A stretch of DNA of 64,000 nt from Psilocybe cubensis (lineage: Eukaryota), in assembly GCA_017499595.2 (NCBI GenBank), contig CM039009.1:682001-746000 (forward strand). Direction: 5' to 3'. A program made the position numbers and the translations under genes. The notes beneath the pieces are model-generated. The model worked only from the letters and a program-made list of their open reading frames with translations, was not told the DNA's origin and searched no databases. Positions 1 through 10,719 of the stretch are shown in pieces; position 1 is the stretch's first letter; the number at the start of each line of letters is the position of its first letter.

Positions 1-910
1 TACGTCGCGCTGACCTTCTCAACTCGATCAACAAGCTTGCTGGCGAACGCGGCGCACAGAAGATCCATCATCTCTTGCGGCGGCCTATCCCTATCTCCCA
101 GAACTACTCGTAGATGAAAAACTACCTCCTCCTCCGACACCCTAAACCCTGGTGGTTTTGCATACCCATCCAACCAATCTATGGCCCATCATCGATCATC
201 CCACTGCACGATACGTATTAGTCTTTTTTACCCTTTTGAATGTCCCTTTTTGCCTAGCCCTCGCAAGTTCTAATCTGTACTTATAACCCTTTTTGCTTGT
301 TGCTCTCGCCCAAGAAATCCAATTATGAATTTATTCACACCGACCTCCTTCTGCGTCATCTAAACTTGATGATACATTGTGTATACTAAAAACGATCGCT
401 GTTTTTCGAACTTGAGCGCTAATTTTATGTATTCATACGAAGTTCTTGACACTTGTATTACTTTCCTTTGATCAAATGCTCATTTCTCTTATGCAGAAAA
501 ATTAGGTCGTTTTATGGTTTAGAAACATTACCAATGTGTTTTATGTCCAAGAAACATAATGTTACTATTATAAAGACCTAAAGTACTTTTTAGATTCGAA
601 TCGCCTAAAACGCGCGACAATTCACAAAGGCAATCACGTGGGACATCAAGCGCCATCACAAGACAGGCATTAGTCATTACTGATTGGTCATTCCATCGCC
701 GCATTCTTGGTTGACCAAGTCATCATCCGAATCATACCCTTCTATTTCTTTGAATCAGTCTCTTATTCTTGACTTTCATTTTGGTCTTCGCGAAGTTGAT
801 ATACCCCTAAAGGTATATCTAGGTTGTAATTCCAACTGTGGTAGCTCTTCCGTGCTCAACTAAACTTGAACCCTGACGGCCTGCAACTTTTCAGGTGAAC
901 CCATTTATAC

Positions 911-1463
911 ATGTCTTTGGATAGCGCCCAATTTCACGCAGCTGTATGTGCTGGACCCAAATACTCAAATTAAACTGCTTACATCCTTCTCCTTCAGGTA
1001 TACGACATTGTCCGAACCATCCCAGTGGCACGAGTGACGAGTTATGGTTTGCGGTTTCCTTACCTCCATTTCTCAAGTTAGTTTCTGACTTATTCTAGGC
1101 CATATTGCAAAATTAACCGGCATGCCTAATCATTCGCGTCATGTAGGACAAGGTTGGTGCTACTATTCGCATTCTCGTTTGAACGTTGGCATAACATCAA
1201 GGTAACTTACAGCACTAAAGTTTTTGCCTCCAAACGTGGACCCTCCGATTCCATGGCATCGTGTTATAAGCTCAGCGGGAACTATTTCTTCCCGAGGTCC
1301 TGGAACTGACGGTGCCCAACGCCAGAGAGATGCCCTTGTTGCAGAGGGTGTCGAGGTTGTAACTGGCCGCACTGGCGATATGCGTGTGGACCTTCGTGAA
1401 TATGGCTGGTTTCCATCAATCGACGAGTTTCAAGCTTCTCAAGAACTCGCAGAGAACGATTGA
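911..1463 (+). CDS. atl1: Alkyltransferase-like (ATL) O6-alkylguanine-binding protein, 4 exons
   Basis: Spliced reading MSLDSAQFHAA|VYDIVRTIPVARVTSYG|HIAKLTGMPNHSRHVGQ|ALKFLPPNVDPPIPWHRVISSAG. PWHRV (Trp in place of the MGMT catalytic Cys) is diagnostic of ATL proteins. Three GT-AG introns. Confidence 0.9.
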
Positions 1464-1988
1464 AGCCCAGGTTACCTACCTTCCAATTACACGTTATCCG
1501 AGTGGTCCTGCCGTAGGGAATCACACTTAGGCTTCGCACCCCAACTGAAGCCATGTAACACTTGAATGATTGAGTTTTATACACATCCAGTCGCTCTTGC
1601 TCATATTATGCTTAGCTTTGAGGGGCAGTTAATTTGTTCAGATTCCAGACACTGCCCAGTTGGCAATATCAGTCAGCGTATAGATAACCTTGGTATGCAT
1701 TCTATACGCACATGCTTATGGAGTGTTTTCACTTCAATTGATATAATGGCTTTCGCACAATGCGCGATTAGAAGCCGGCTCGTTGGTAAAGGTAATAAGG
1801 CAGGTTCTTCATTATGTGGTTTTCATTATGTTAACTTCAAATCTTATCACTAGTCGTGCTAGCTAGAATAACTTAGGTCGCCAAACTTCATTTCATTGTC
1901 AATTAGGTTGATACAAGATCTCACCATTCACTAACACGTATATAAAGCTATACCGTTTGACCAGTTTCTTCCACCTCGCGGCCTCACC

Positions 1989-2649
1989 ATGATTGTTGAA
2001 TTTCGCAAGCTGTTCTTATTCACACTCTTCCTCTCTCAGCAATTATCCTCCGGTTTTGTACAGTCAGCTCCAAATGCTGATACCCCTTCTTTCTACCTGG
2101 TCTCCAGCAGTGCATCGTCCTCAAATCTACTGGTAGGAGCTTCATTTATTCCTGTGGAAAAGCGGTAGTAACTAATTTCTGCGCCGCAAACAGCCACTCA
2201 GAATGTCCGCTGGAGGCGGAGGTGGCCCAGCATCTCTCCTTGGAAGTGGCACGCCAGCACGGTTCTACTTTTATCAGGGGGAGCTTGCCGTACATGACCC
2301 CGATGACAGTTCATTTCCGTACAGGCTTTTGATTAACACTATCCCAGCAGCTGGAGGATGCACCAACTTTGGGGCACTTCATTTTGTACAAGGGACCAGT
2401 ACCAACAAATGTGCCTCGTATGAATCATTCCAGCTGCAATCGAACCAGCAGGACAGTCAGCTTGGTGCCGAACTCGTCTTCAACTTTACTGGAGGTTTCT
2501 ATGTTTGTAATAGTGGAGCAGAGGTAAGTTTTGTCTTGAAAACAGGAGTTTCGTTGAAGGATTGCTCGAAGGTTTGGTATAAAATCAATTCGGGTGATGG
2601 GCCAAGCGATTGCGTGCCAATTCGTCTCTACACAGTCCCTGTGTATTAA
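1989..2649 (+). CDS. Small secreted Cys-containing protein (tentatively PhiA-like cell-wall protein), paralogue 1
   Basis: TATATAAAG near 1940. Hydrophobic N-terminus MIVEFRKLFLFTLFLS; 2 introns; four Cys; C-terminus CVPIRLYTVPVY. Clear homology to the gene at 3151. Confidence 0.75.
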
Positions 2650-3150
2650 ATCGAGCAAAGCCTAAAGCCGATATAGAGGTCGAATATATGCTGAGAATTG
2701 GAGTATTTCGGTTCTCTGTAATTCTCATTTCCGTAGGTCAGAGGATATGGAAGTAAAATCTCGCTTTGCACCTTTTTTGGTTCTGAACGCTCATCGACAT
2801 CTTTTGTCTTCGCGACTTCAACGGGATATGATAAACATCGCATTGTGTCGAACTCATGACGCATCCTATTCAGACACTAGATATATTCAATGATTTATGA
2901 ATGATCCTTGCATGCTATTCTATGCCAACGTGTCTGGAGTATCGATTCGCGACTGTTCTTTCGGCCAGGAACGCCTTACCCAGACAAGATGCTAATCACG
3001 ACAATCATTGAAGAAAATCTATTAATCGTTCAATGAATAGATCATAAATCACGCAGCGGATTTACTTGACTCCAGAGGAAGGAAACATAAAAACCCAGTA
3101 TCTCCAGCTTCTCGAATCACTCATAATCTTTCATATCCCGTGTCAACGCA

Positions 3151-3813
3151 ATGCGCCTTCTATCTTCAGCTTTTGCTACTCTTGCCACATTGATTCCAAG
3201 TGCTTTGGGTGTTGTCATCCCGGGTGCCAGCACTCCTCTATTTTATTTTGTCTCATCATCTCCCAGTTCTCCGTCCAATCTTTTGGTGCGTGTACTGCAT
3301 CGATTCGTTCAGGCTTCAGACTTAAGTTTTCTTTTTATAGCCACTTAGGTTGAACGGAGGATCCGGAGGGTACGCCACCTTAACCGGAACAAGCCCTATT
3401 GGACAGTTCTACTTTGCGCAAGGACGTCTTACTGCTCTGGACCCGGCAGGATCTACGTCACTAACATACATGCCACTCCTCGGGTCCCAACTGGGCCCTT
3501 CTGGATGCAGCACATATGGACAGCTGGGGTTTGTTCAGGGAGCTAGTTCCAACAAGTGTGCACGGTACGATGGCTTCCAGATCCAGTCCAATATCGAAAA
3601 CAGTCAGCTTGGGGCACAACTAGTAATTAATTACGTCGGTGGATTCTACGCCTGTGGAGACGGAAAGGACGTTAGTAAAACCTCTCTGGGCTTGGAATTA
3701 ATAATAACTGATTATTTTCCACAATTTATCAGGTGTGGTACAAACTTTCACCTGGAGATGGACCGAGTGACTGTTCTCCAATCACGTTGTACACAGTTCC
3801 TGTCACTGCATAA
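3151..3813 (+). CDS. Small secreted Cys-containing protein, paralogue 2
   Basis: Signal-like MRLLSSAFATLATLIPSALG. Same two intron positions as the 1989 gene. Shared motifs FYFxQG, NKCAxY, SQLGA, GGFYxC, VWYK, GDGPSDC, LYTVPV. Confidence 0.8.
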
Positions 3814-4660
3814 TTAACTCGACGTTTAGATGACTACAGCGAGAGAAAGGAACCTATATTCTGTGTCTCAGCATTCAATAAATATATGTTTGAATCTTTT
3901 CCATCAGGCAGATCCATGCTTTTATTCCGGATCCTTGTAGCAAAGATCTTTTCTTTAGACGTGACTAAGAACCAGATGAAGATACAACTGACCTTTATGT
4001 TGTCTTTGAGTCACACTGCTTGATTCTATAAGCTCAGGCTGTCAGTCGAATGGTGAAGTCACTAACGTGCTGAGACAGCTCGATCTATTTATAGCCCAAT
4101 TTGTAGTTGGGGGCGTCAATTTCCGCTTGCTTCCTCATCTCATCCTGGTCTTGGGAGTTACTAAATCTCACAAAACAGGCCGCCATACAGTACAAGTTGG
4201 AGATATTTCCCATCATGGCCGCATGTGGTTTGAAATTGAATTTCAACTTCGGTTCTTTGGTACGTGTTTCATAATCATGATGATTCGCGGTTCATGAGTC
4301 GCAGTTGGAGGTCGCTTCACTTTGTTTCTTTGGTCAAGTAGATTTCATGAAAAATTTTAACAATTGCCGAAATGAAATCTCATTGAACACATGTTACCGG
4401 TTAGTACAGACCTTCACTCCTTTCAATTTGCCTACTTCCGTAAAGAGGATCAGCTTGGCTTGTGGGTGTTGCAAACAACTGTGGGTTAGCTTCGCCGATG
4501 TACTACGTCAGTGTCATTTGGGTTTGCGACTATCGGATGCCAAATTGAGACTTGAAAATATATATAAGGTCGTATGAGACGTAGCTTCGGTGCATCAACG
4601 CTTCGTTATCCTTCCCACACAGTCGAAACGTACAACTTGTGTAATCAGTATTGGACCAAA

Positions 4661-5070
4661 ATGCTTTGCAAAAATTTGGCGTCAACCCTTACATTAGCCA
4701 TCTCCCTATTCGCCGCATCAGTGCTGGGTGACACAATCGTTGCATACAGTGGTTCCACCTGCAACGGTAACGTTGGAAATACAGTCCAGTGCGACGGCAG
4801 CTGCCACTCCTTCACAGGGAGACATTCGGTCAAGGTCAGAGCGAGGAATTTATCTATCCCGCTGAAAAACTCTAACGACAAATTAATTCATAGATCTCGG
4901 GAAGTGGAAGGCATTGCGTCACATTTTTCCAAAGTTCGGGCTGTGCGTTGAAAGCCGGGGACAACGGTCTCGCAGTCACCGCAAATCAATGCTTCAACGT
5001 TAATACTGGTGGACCAGTCAACTCGTTCATTTGTTCTCCCGACCTCGATTGCAAAATCAAGCCTGTGTAA
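4661..5070 (+). CDS. Small secreted cysteine-rich protein (possible MiAMP1/beta-gamma-crystallin-like fold)
   Basis: TATA near 4558; signal peptide ending ASVLG-D; one intron (about 4835-4893). Mature part has 8 Cys: CNG..QCDGSCHSF..HCVTF..GC..QCFNVNTGGPVNSFIC..DC. Confidence 0.75.
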
Positions 5071-5989
5071 AGCGTCCACCGGCTATTGCGGGATATATTG
5101 AGATGGAAATGATGGAACTCGATTTTAAATATTTTTACAAAGTTGTATAATAGATATACCACATATTCGAGCCTAAAAGCAGTCTAAGGGTCCATGATTG
5201 TGTATGATATGTGTTCATTCTTTTATGTAGTAGACCACTACTATTTTGTCATAACCTAGGAAAACCTAGGAAATCAAAAGACACGAAAGAAAAGTGTTAT
5301 GGCAGTGTTCTCCTGGATTTCCGCACTGCCTAACACATCAGACACATCCCTCAGGTGAGTCGCATCAATGAATACGAATTATATCGCATCCGTCTCCTGC
5401 CCGTCTCGTAGTTATACGCTACAAAGCTTACAGGCGGCCATCAGGCATAACTCGGCAAGATAAGATAAGATAACAACAACAACGGCTAGCTGAACATTCA
5501 ACGTCAACGTTCAACGTTCAACCTTCATACAATCGTCTCTCGCGCATTGCAGCATGATTTAGAACCACATTTTTTGATACTGGTTCACTCTGGATGCTCA
5601 TACTCGCAAATTACAACTCCTAAGACCAATTCAAGGCACCACAGTGGCTGTGACTCGTTGGCTGTGGCGGCTCGTTTTCCGTGTCTTGACCAAAATTGAG
5701 TCAGGCTCAAGTCAGGCTTGGTAGCAGCAATCGTCATCGGTTCCGATGTTTCGATACCATGGGTTCCGCTAGCATTGCTACCATTCATGGTATACAGTAC
5801 CACTACTACCGGGCATGGATACAAAGGCTGTAAGCGCCGCGAGTCATTTGAAAGTTCGACTACCTCAGGAACGCAAGGTTTTCTACTTATAAGTCAGTCA
5901 ATTTTCATTGGAGCATCTCAGCAAAAACAACAAAATTTCCCCTTCCTGGTATACTCGGCTTACAAACGAATCTCTTTTCTGTTTGATCA

Positions 5990-7490
5990 ATGGCGACTAT
6001 ACACGATATTCCTGCTGAAATCCTCGCTACCGTTTTCGAAATAGGAATCTACAGGACCGGAATTCGATTCATTTACCCAGCTACTCTCGTCTGCAGGGAT
6101 TGGTACAGCATCATCAGCAACACGCCACGTCTATGGGGAATACTATCAATAGGAAGAAATGTTTCACCCAAAAGTCTACTGAAAATGGTCGCAAAGGCAA
6201 AGGAGTCGCCTTTGTCGATAACAGTTTCTTCCAACACTTTATTTGACAATAGTTATATGCAGGGTCTCTTGAAGGATCTGACTGCGCTGTCTAGGAACTG
6301 GGTCGCTTTGGAAGCTGGGCTCGATTTCATGTCATTTTTTCGTTGGAAGGACTTGTATAGGAACCTGGAAGAGCTTACACTGTTATCAGCGAGGAAGTTC
6401 CACGGAATTGAAGCTTTTTTCGATGGCGTTGATCCTAGCTCCGTAAATCGCGATATCAAGCTTCATTCTTTTACTGCGACATCTTTGCCTCACACATGGA
6501 TCCGTGGTTTTTTGGGCCCACAAATTCGTCGCCTCTCAATCACAGACGCGTATGAAATCCACGAGGAAGGACAGGAGAAGCAATACACTACTATTTGGAA
6601 TCACAGCATTAGCATTTGGCAGACGATGGATTTTCTCAAACACGTTCCGTACGCCACGTCAGTTGAGCTAAACGACTTGAATCACATCGACCCAATCGGA
6701 TACTCACCACCCGTCGTTCGAATGCAGAATTTGCAAAGACTCGAATTAAAAGGTGTACAGTTCTCGACAAGCATTCTGTCTTCCATTTCCGCGCCATCTC
6801 TTCAGACACTGTGCGTGGACAGCGGCACAGATGCCTGGAACCTGTTTACACCAACATCTGTAGTACCCATGGCCTCATTTTTCTCGCAATGGAGTCAACC
6901 TGGATTCATACCCACCCATTTGCATACGCTCGACCTTGTCAATTGTCTCAATGTTGCAGATATCCCTTTCCTCATTCGATGGCTGGGTAAACTGCCAAAC
7001 CTGGTCCGCCTTTTACTGTTGGATGTCGACAATATTCTTCAGCAAGCCGCTTTCCATGAACAAAACTTATCCGACAGCTCTCAAAATGAACAATTTGACT
7101 TCTTACATGCTTTAGCGCATCCAGCTTTTGAGAAGGACGGCAAAGGAACGTGGCTCTGTCCTTCGCTGATGGTCCTTCGAATATATCCAGGGGCGAACAT
7201 TGGGGGCCTCAGGTCTATTGCGCAGGCAAGAGGGGGAGTAGTTCCATATTCCTACGACATTTCTATGGTTCCTCCTCCCGCTCGACTCAGACAGATAGAG
7301 ACGCAACTCTGCTTTAATGCAGACCGGGAAAACATCAATGAACTCGTCTCTCTTGCGGACCATGTCTATTGTAGATGTCTGAGTTGTGGAACTTTGGTGC
7401 GTTTTCTACAAGATAAAATTTATAATCCATATTATTGACCATTATTATGTGCAGCCTGATGGTCTATCGTGGTCGCCGGGTACTACCTAG
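5990..7490 (+). CDS. F-box-like protein with LRR-like body (family A, copy 1)
   Basis: N-terminal IHDIPAEILATVF...LVCRDWYSIISNTPRLW F-box motif; LxxLxL repeats; C-terminal VYCRCLSC. Probable short last exon 7455-7490 after a GTGCGT intron. Confidence 0.8.
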
Positions 7491-7728
7491 CTAGCTTCTC
7501 TACTTACTAGAAACCTTGTACTGATACGCGGAAGCCTTCATGGGTAATAATTCAATATCAATATGCCTCGCGAATAATAGATATGCATACCATATCGTCA
7601 AGGTATATGGTTTTATGGTTTGCATCGGACTTCAGAAGAGAAAAGTCCAAGAAAAGTCGTAAACTATTTTCCTGGGTTCCCTTACTTCACGTGCTACCAA
7701 AAACCACGTCGTTTTTCTGTTATACTTC

Positions 7729-7815
7729 AACATTGAAGCAGCAATTGTGCTGCATTCTCAGGTCGCTCTTCATACGGCGTTGAGAGTAACGGAGCGATGT
7801 AAGATCGAAGTCTGG
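7729..7815 (+). repeat. Dispersed 87-bp conserved element, copy 1 (weaker homology extends about 7680-7960)
   Basis: Reverse complement of 30897-30983, 6 mismatches by manual alignment. Confidence 0.85.
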
Positions 7816-8003
7816 TCTGAGGATACTTTGTGCCAGGCTCTTCTTCTGTTCTTGTGGGGAACCACAACCACCCGCTGGCGCGTTGATTTTATCGAGTCAG
7901 CTCTGGTTTGCAGAAAAGACACCCTTTCATTGAAGTGGAGGCAGAATTTATACGTGAGCTACTTTTGTTGTATGAATGTTATCGATTTCTTGCTTAATGG
8001 CAG

Positions 8004-9995
8004 TTACGGCATATTCTTCAAAATTGCGAACGAGGCTTGCAGGAAGGTAGACATTAAATAATCTCGAAGGAGCGAACGATTGTTTACCTTGGCTTGGAAG
8101 AAATCCAACAAGTGGGGCTTGCCATACTTCGGCGTTTCTTTCTCAACATACCTCAAGCGTCCCGCTCCCGCTCCGCTGTTCACGTCGCCTCCTGGTTGTT
8201 GTCCATTGCCCGCACGATCACCATCAGGCTTCATATACTCGCACTTGCCTATAAACACTGTTCGGAAACCAACCTTCAGGTCGGGTAACACTGCACGTTT
8301 GCACGTAGGCGGGGCAACATAGTTATGGACGCTCTCCAGCATTTTCTTGTGAACAAACTGAGTGTATTGCAGAGACCCTGTGCCGCAGAAGGCGTTGCGA
8401 TCGAGTTCCAATAACGCGGAATTAACCTCGATGTTTTGGATATTTGGCATGCATTCGAGCGACATGTCTATGAGATGTTTCTGGGTAATGATGAATCAAG
8501 TTGGCTAAATTCTAAATCGTCGAGGTGGTTGTACTCACAATGGCGTCTTGTGTAAAATCGTTCTCCACCGCCAGGTCAGTACATCTGATGCTCAGGCACA
8601 GGCTCTTGAGATTTGTCAAGCTTGAAATTGTTTTCACGTTATGCGCCCCAAAGCACCAACGTCCTTCGAAAGAGGCCCTTATTCGCAGGCTCTCTAGCGA
8701 GCGAACATGAGTGTTAAGTCGTCCATCATAAAACCGTGCAGCCATCGCGTCAGATGAGTTTCCGTCGTGAAATCCGGAGGTTTCTAAATCCAGCTTCACC
8801 AGGCCAGAGTACGACGAAAGGTAGTCGAGGAATGAAGAAGATATTGAGGTGACAGTAATATTTTGAAGGTGAACCCCGGCAATACGAAGCAAGTTCCAGA
8901 TGTCCTCCAGCGACGATCCATATTGTTTAGTCTCTTTTGATGGACCAGCAGAGGTGTCGCGCCCGAAGCGCTTAAAGAAAGAATTTGAAGCCTTCTCGGT
9001 GGGTTCGTTTATTCTATCCAGGTGCAGAGTTGTAAGATGTGCAAGATGAGGCAATGTGATGTGATCCAAACGTGTAAGCATAGATCTCAACCGCAGTTCG
9101 CGGAGGCAGAGAGGGGGCTTGTTAGATGGGTAGTATTTGAACAATTGATGGAGACTTTGCGCTTTGTTGGATATAGGTTGCCGAAAATGCAATATACCAC
9201 GGACGTCAAGGGAAGTAAGAATTGGATTGTGCGCGATCGCCTTTGCTAACTTGTCAAATATTTCTTCTTGTTGCGACGCTGTAGACTGCTCTGTGGATAT
9301 AACAATCTTTTCCCGCCCGAGCAATAGATCGGCCTCTAGCGGAACATCTGCTTTCGAGAAAACGATCTGGATATTACGCAGGTTTGGGAGTGCCTTTAGG
9401 GCGTCAATTATGCTGCGGTGTACAACAGGTTGATTTCTCTCGTCTGTTCTCCATCTATAGTAATGATTGAGTGTGTAACACATTTCACCGACTCTGCGAT
9501 TATAGTCACTCACTCAACAGTGTGCACGCTTTTCAGCGAGGCGATCGCCGCAAACAAGTTGCTTTTCAGAAATTCTTCGGCCGTTGTGACTTCGGGTGGA
9601 TTTTCTGGTGGTGGGTCGACGACCCACACCCCGTTTTCAAACCTACCAACCGTAGTATACTTCGAATCGTATGCTGGAGAAAGCAGCCCAATTGAAATCT
9701 CCTGAACTGAATAACACGCTGCGTGTTCTGAATCAACCGTTGCCAAAGTTTTGATCATTTCTACACCGCATTCCATGTTTGTCCTGGTAATTTCGAACTT
9801 CAGTTTGCGTAAAACGATGCAGGCCAAGGCATCTGCAAGGATTCTGCAGACCAGTCTTAGATGCTTTACATCTGGCAGGTCGAGCTGGGGTATGTGTATG
9901 AGCGCGCGTCATGAAATGGTACGGCGCTAACTTACCTCCCCACCGATGGCTTGGATTAGCTCAGGTGCGTAGGAGAGTAGGGTGGATGCCTTCAT
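8004..9995 (-). CDS. F-box-like protein with LRR-like body (family B, copy 1), 4 exons
   Basis: Spliced N-terminus MKASTLLSYAPELIQAIGGE|LDLPDVKHLRLVCRILADA is F-box-like. ORFs 9510-9827, 8512-9513 and 8004-8465 join through introns. Paralogue at 26753. Confidence 0.8.
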
Positions 9996-10443
9996 TGAAT
10001 TTGACACTTCCTAACTTCAAGTCTGCCGATGGTGGTGGTGTGGTGGTGGTGGTGAAACAGATATCATGGGAATTAAGGTCAAGGCCTTATCGGTTTACTA
10101 ATGATCCATCTGTTACTAGTCACCGGGCTGTGCTCGGCGTAACGAAAATAGCCTGACACGGCGTCAATTGCCTTGTCGGAGGCGCTTAACTTTTTATTGT
10201 CATGGATGCATATCTGCCGCTGCGCCTTGACCAACTCCGATTGCACAGTGCCTTCTCTAGGACGAGTGTCGATTTTCAGTTACTTTATTTATGTTGTCTG
10301 TCAAACCGTAGCTTCTTTAACCCTGATATTGACTACATGATGTTCTTATGCACTCAATCAATTAGAAATCTGATTATGTTTGGGAATTAATTTGAGCTCA
10401 CCGATGGCAAAATGTCTGAGCTTTGTGATTCTTAGTTTAAGAT

Positions 10444-10624
10444 TGTTGGAATGATAGTCGGCGAGCGACTTGGTCGCTAAGTCGTTATCTTCCTCTTGTA
10501 GTTTATCTTATCATATTTTTTCTAGATTATTCTACTATAGGTTCCGTAGTTACTGTAGGTACAACCGTGTAGCTACGTCGTGAATCTACATCTTTTACCA
10601 CCACTGCGCATTATACTTACAACA
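10444..10624 (+). repeat. 5' LTR (181 bp)
   Basis: Starts TGTTG, ends CAACA; direct repeat of 14897-15077. Confidence 0.97.
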
Positions 10625-10637
10625 GGTTATGGGCCCC
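10625..10637 (+). promoter_or_regulatory. Primer-binding site (internal tRNA-iMet type)
   Basis: GGTTATGGGCCCC immediately after the 5' LTR, matching the copia/Ty5-type PBS. Confidence 0.85.
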
Positions 10638-10719
10638 GAGAGGTCATAACTAAAGCTCGCTTTGTTCTAAACTCGTTCTATTCTTATCGATCTATATCTA
10701 AACTTGTACTCGACGTCAA

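Noticed and set aside
1-330. Possible 3' end of a degraded LINE or gene (RRADLLNSINKLAGERGAQKIHHLLRRP)
   Set aside because: Truncated by the window edge, contains stops, and has no diagnostic motif.
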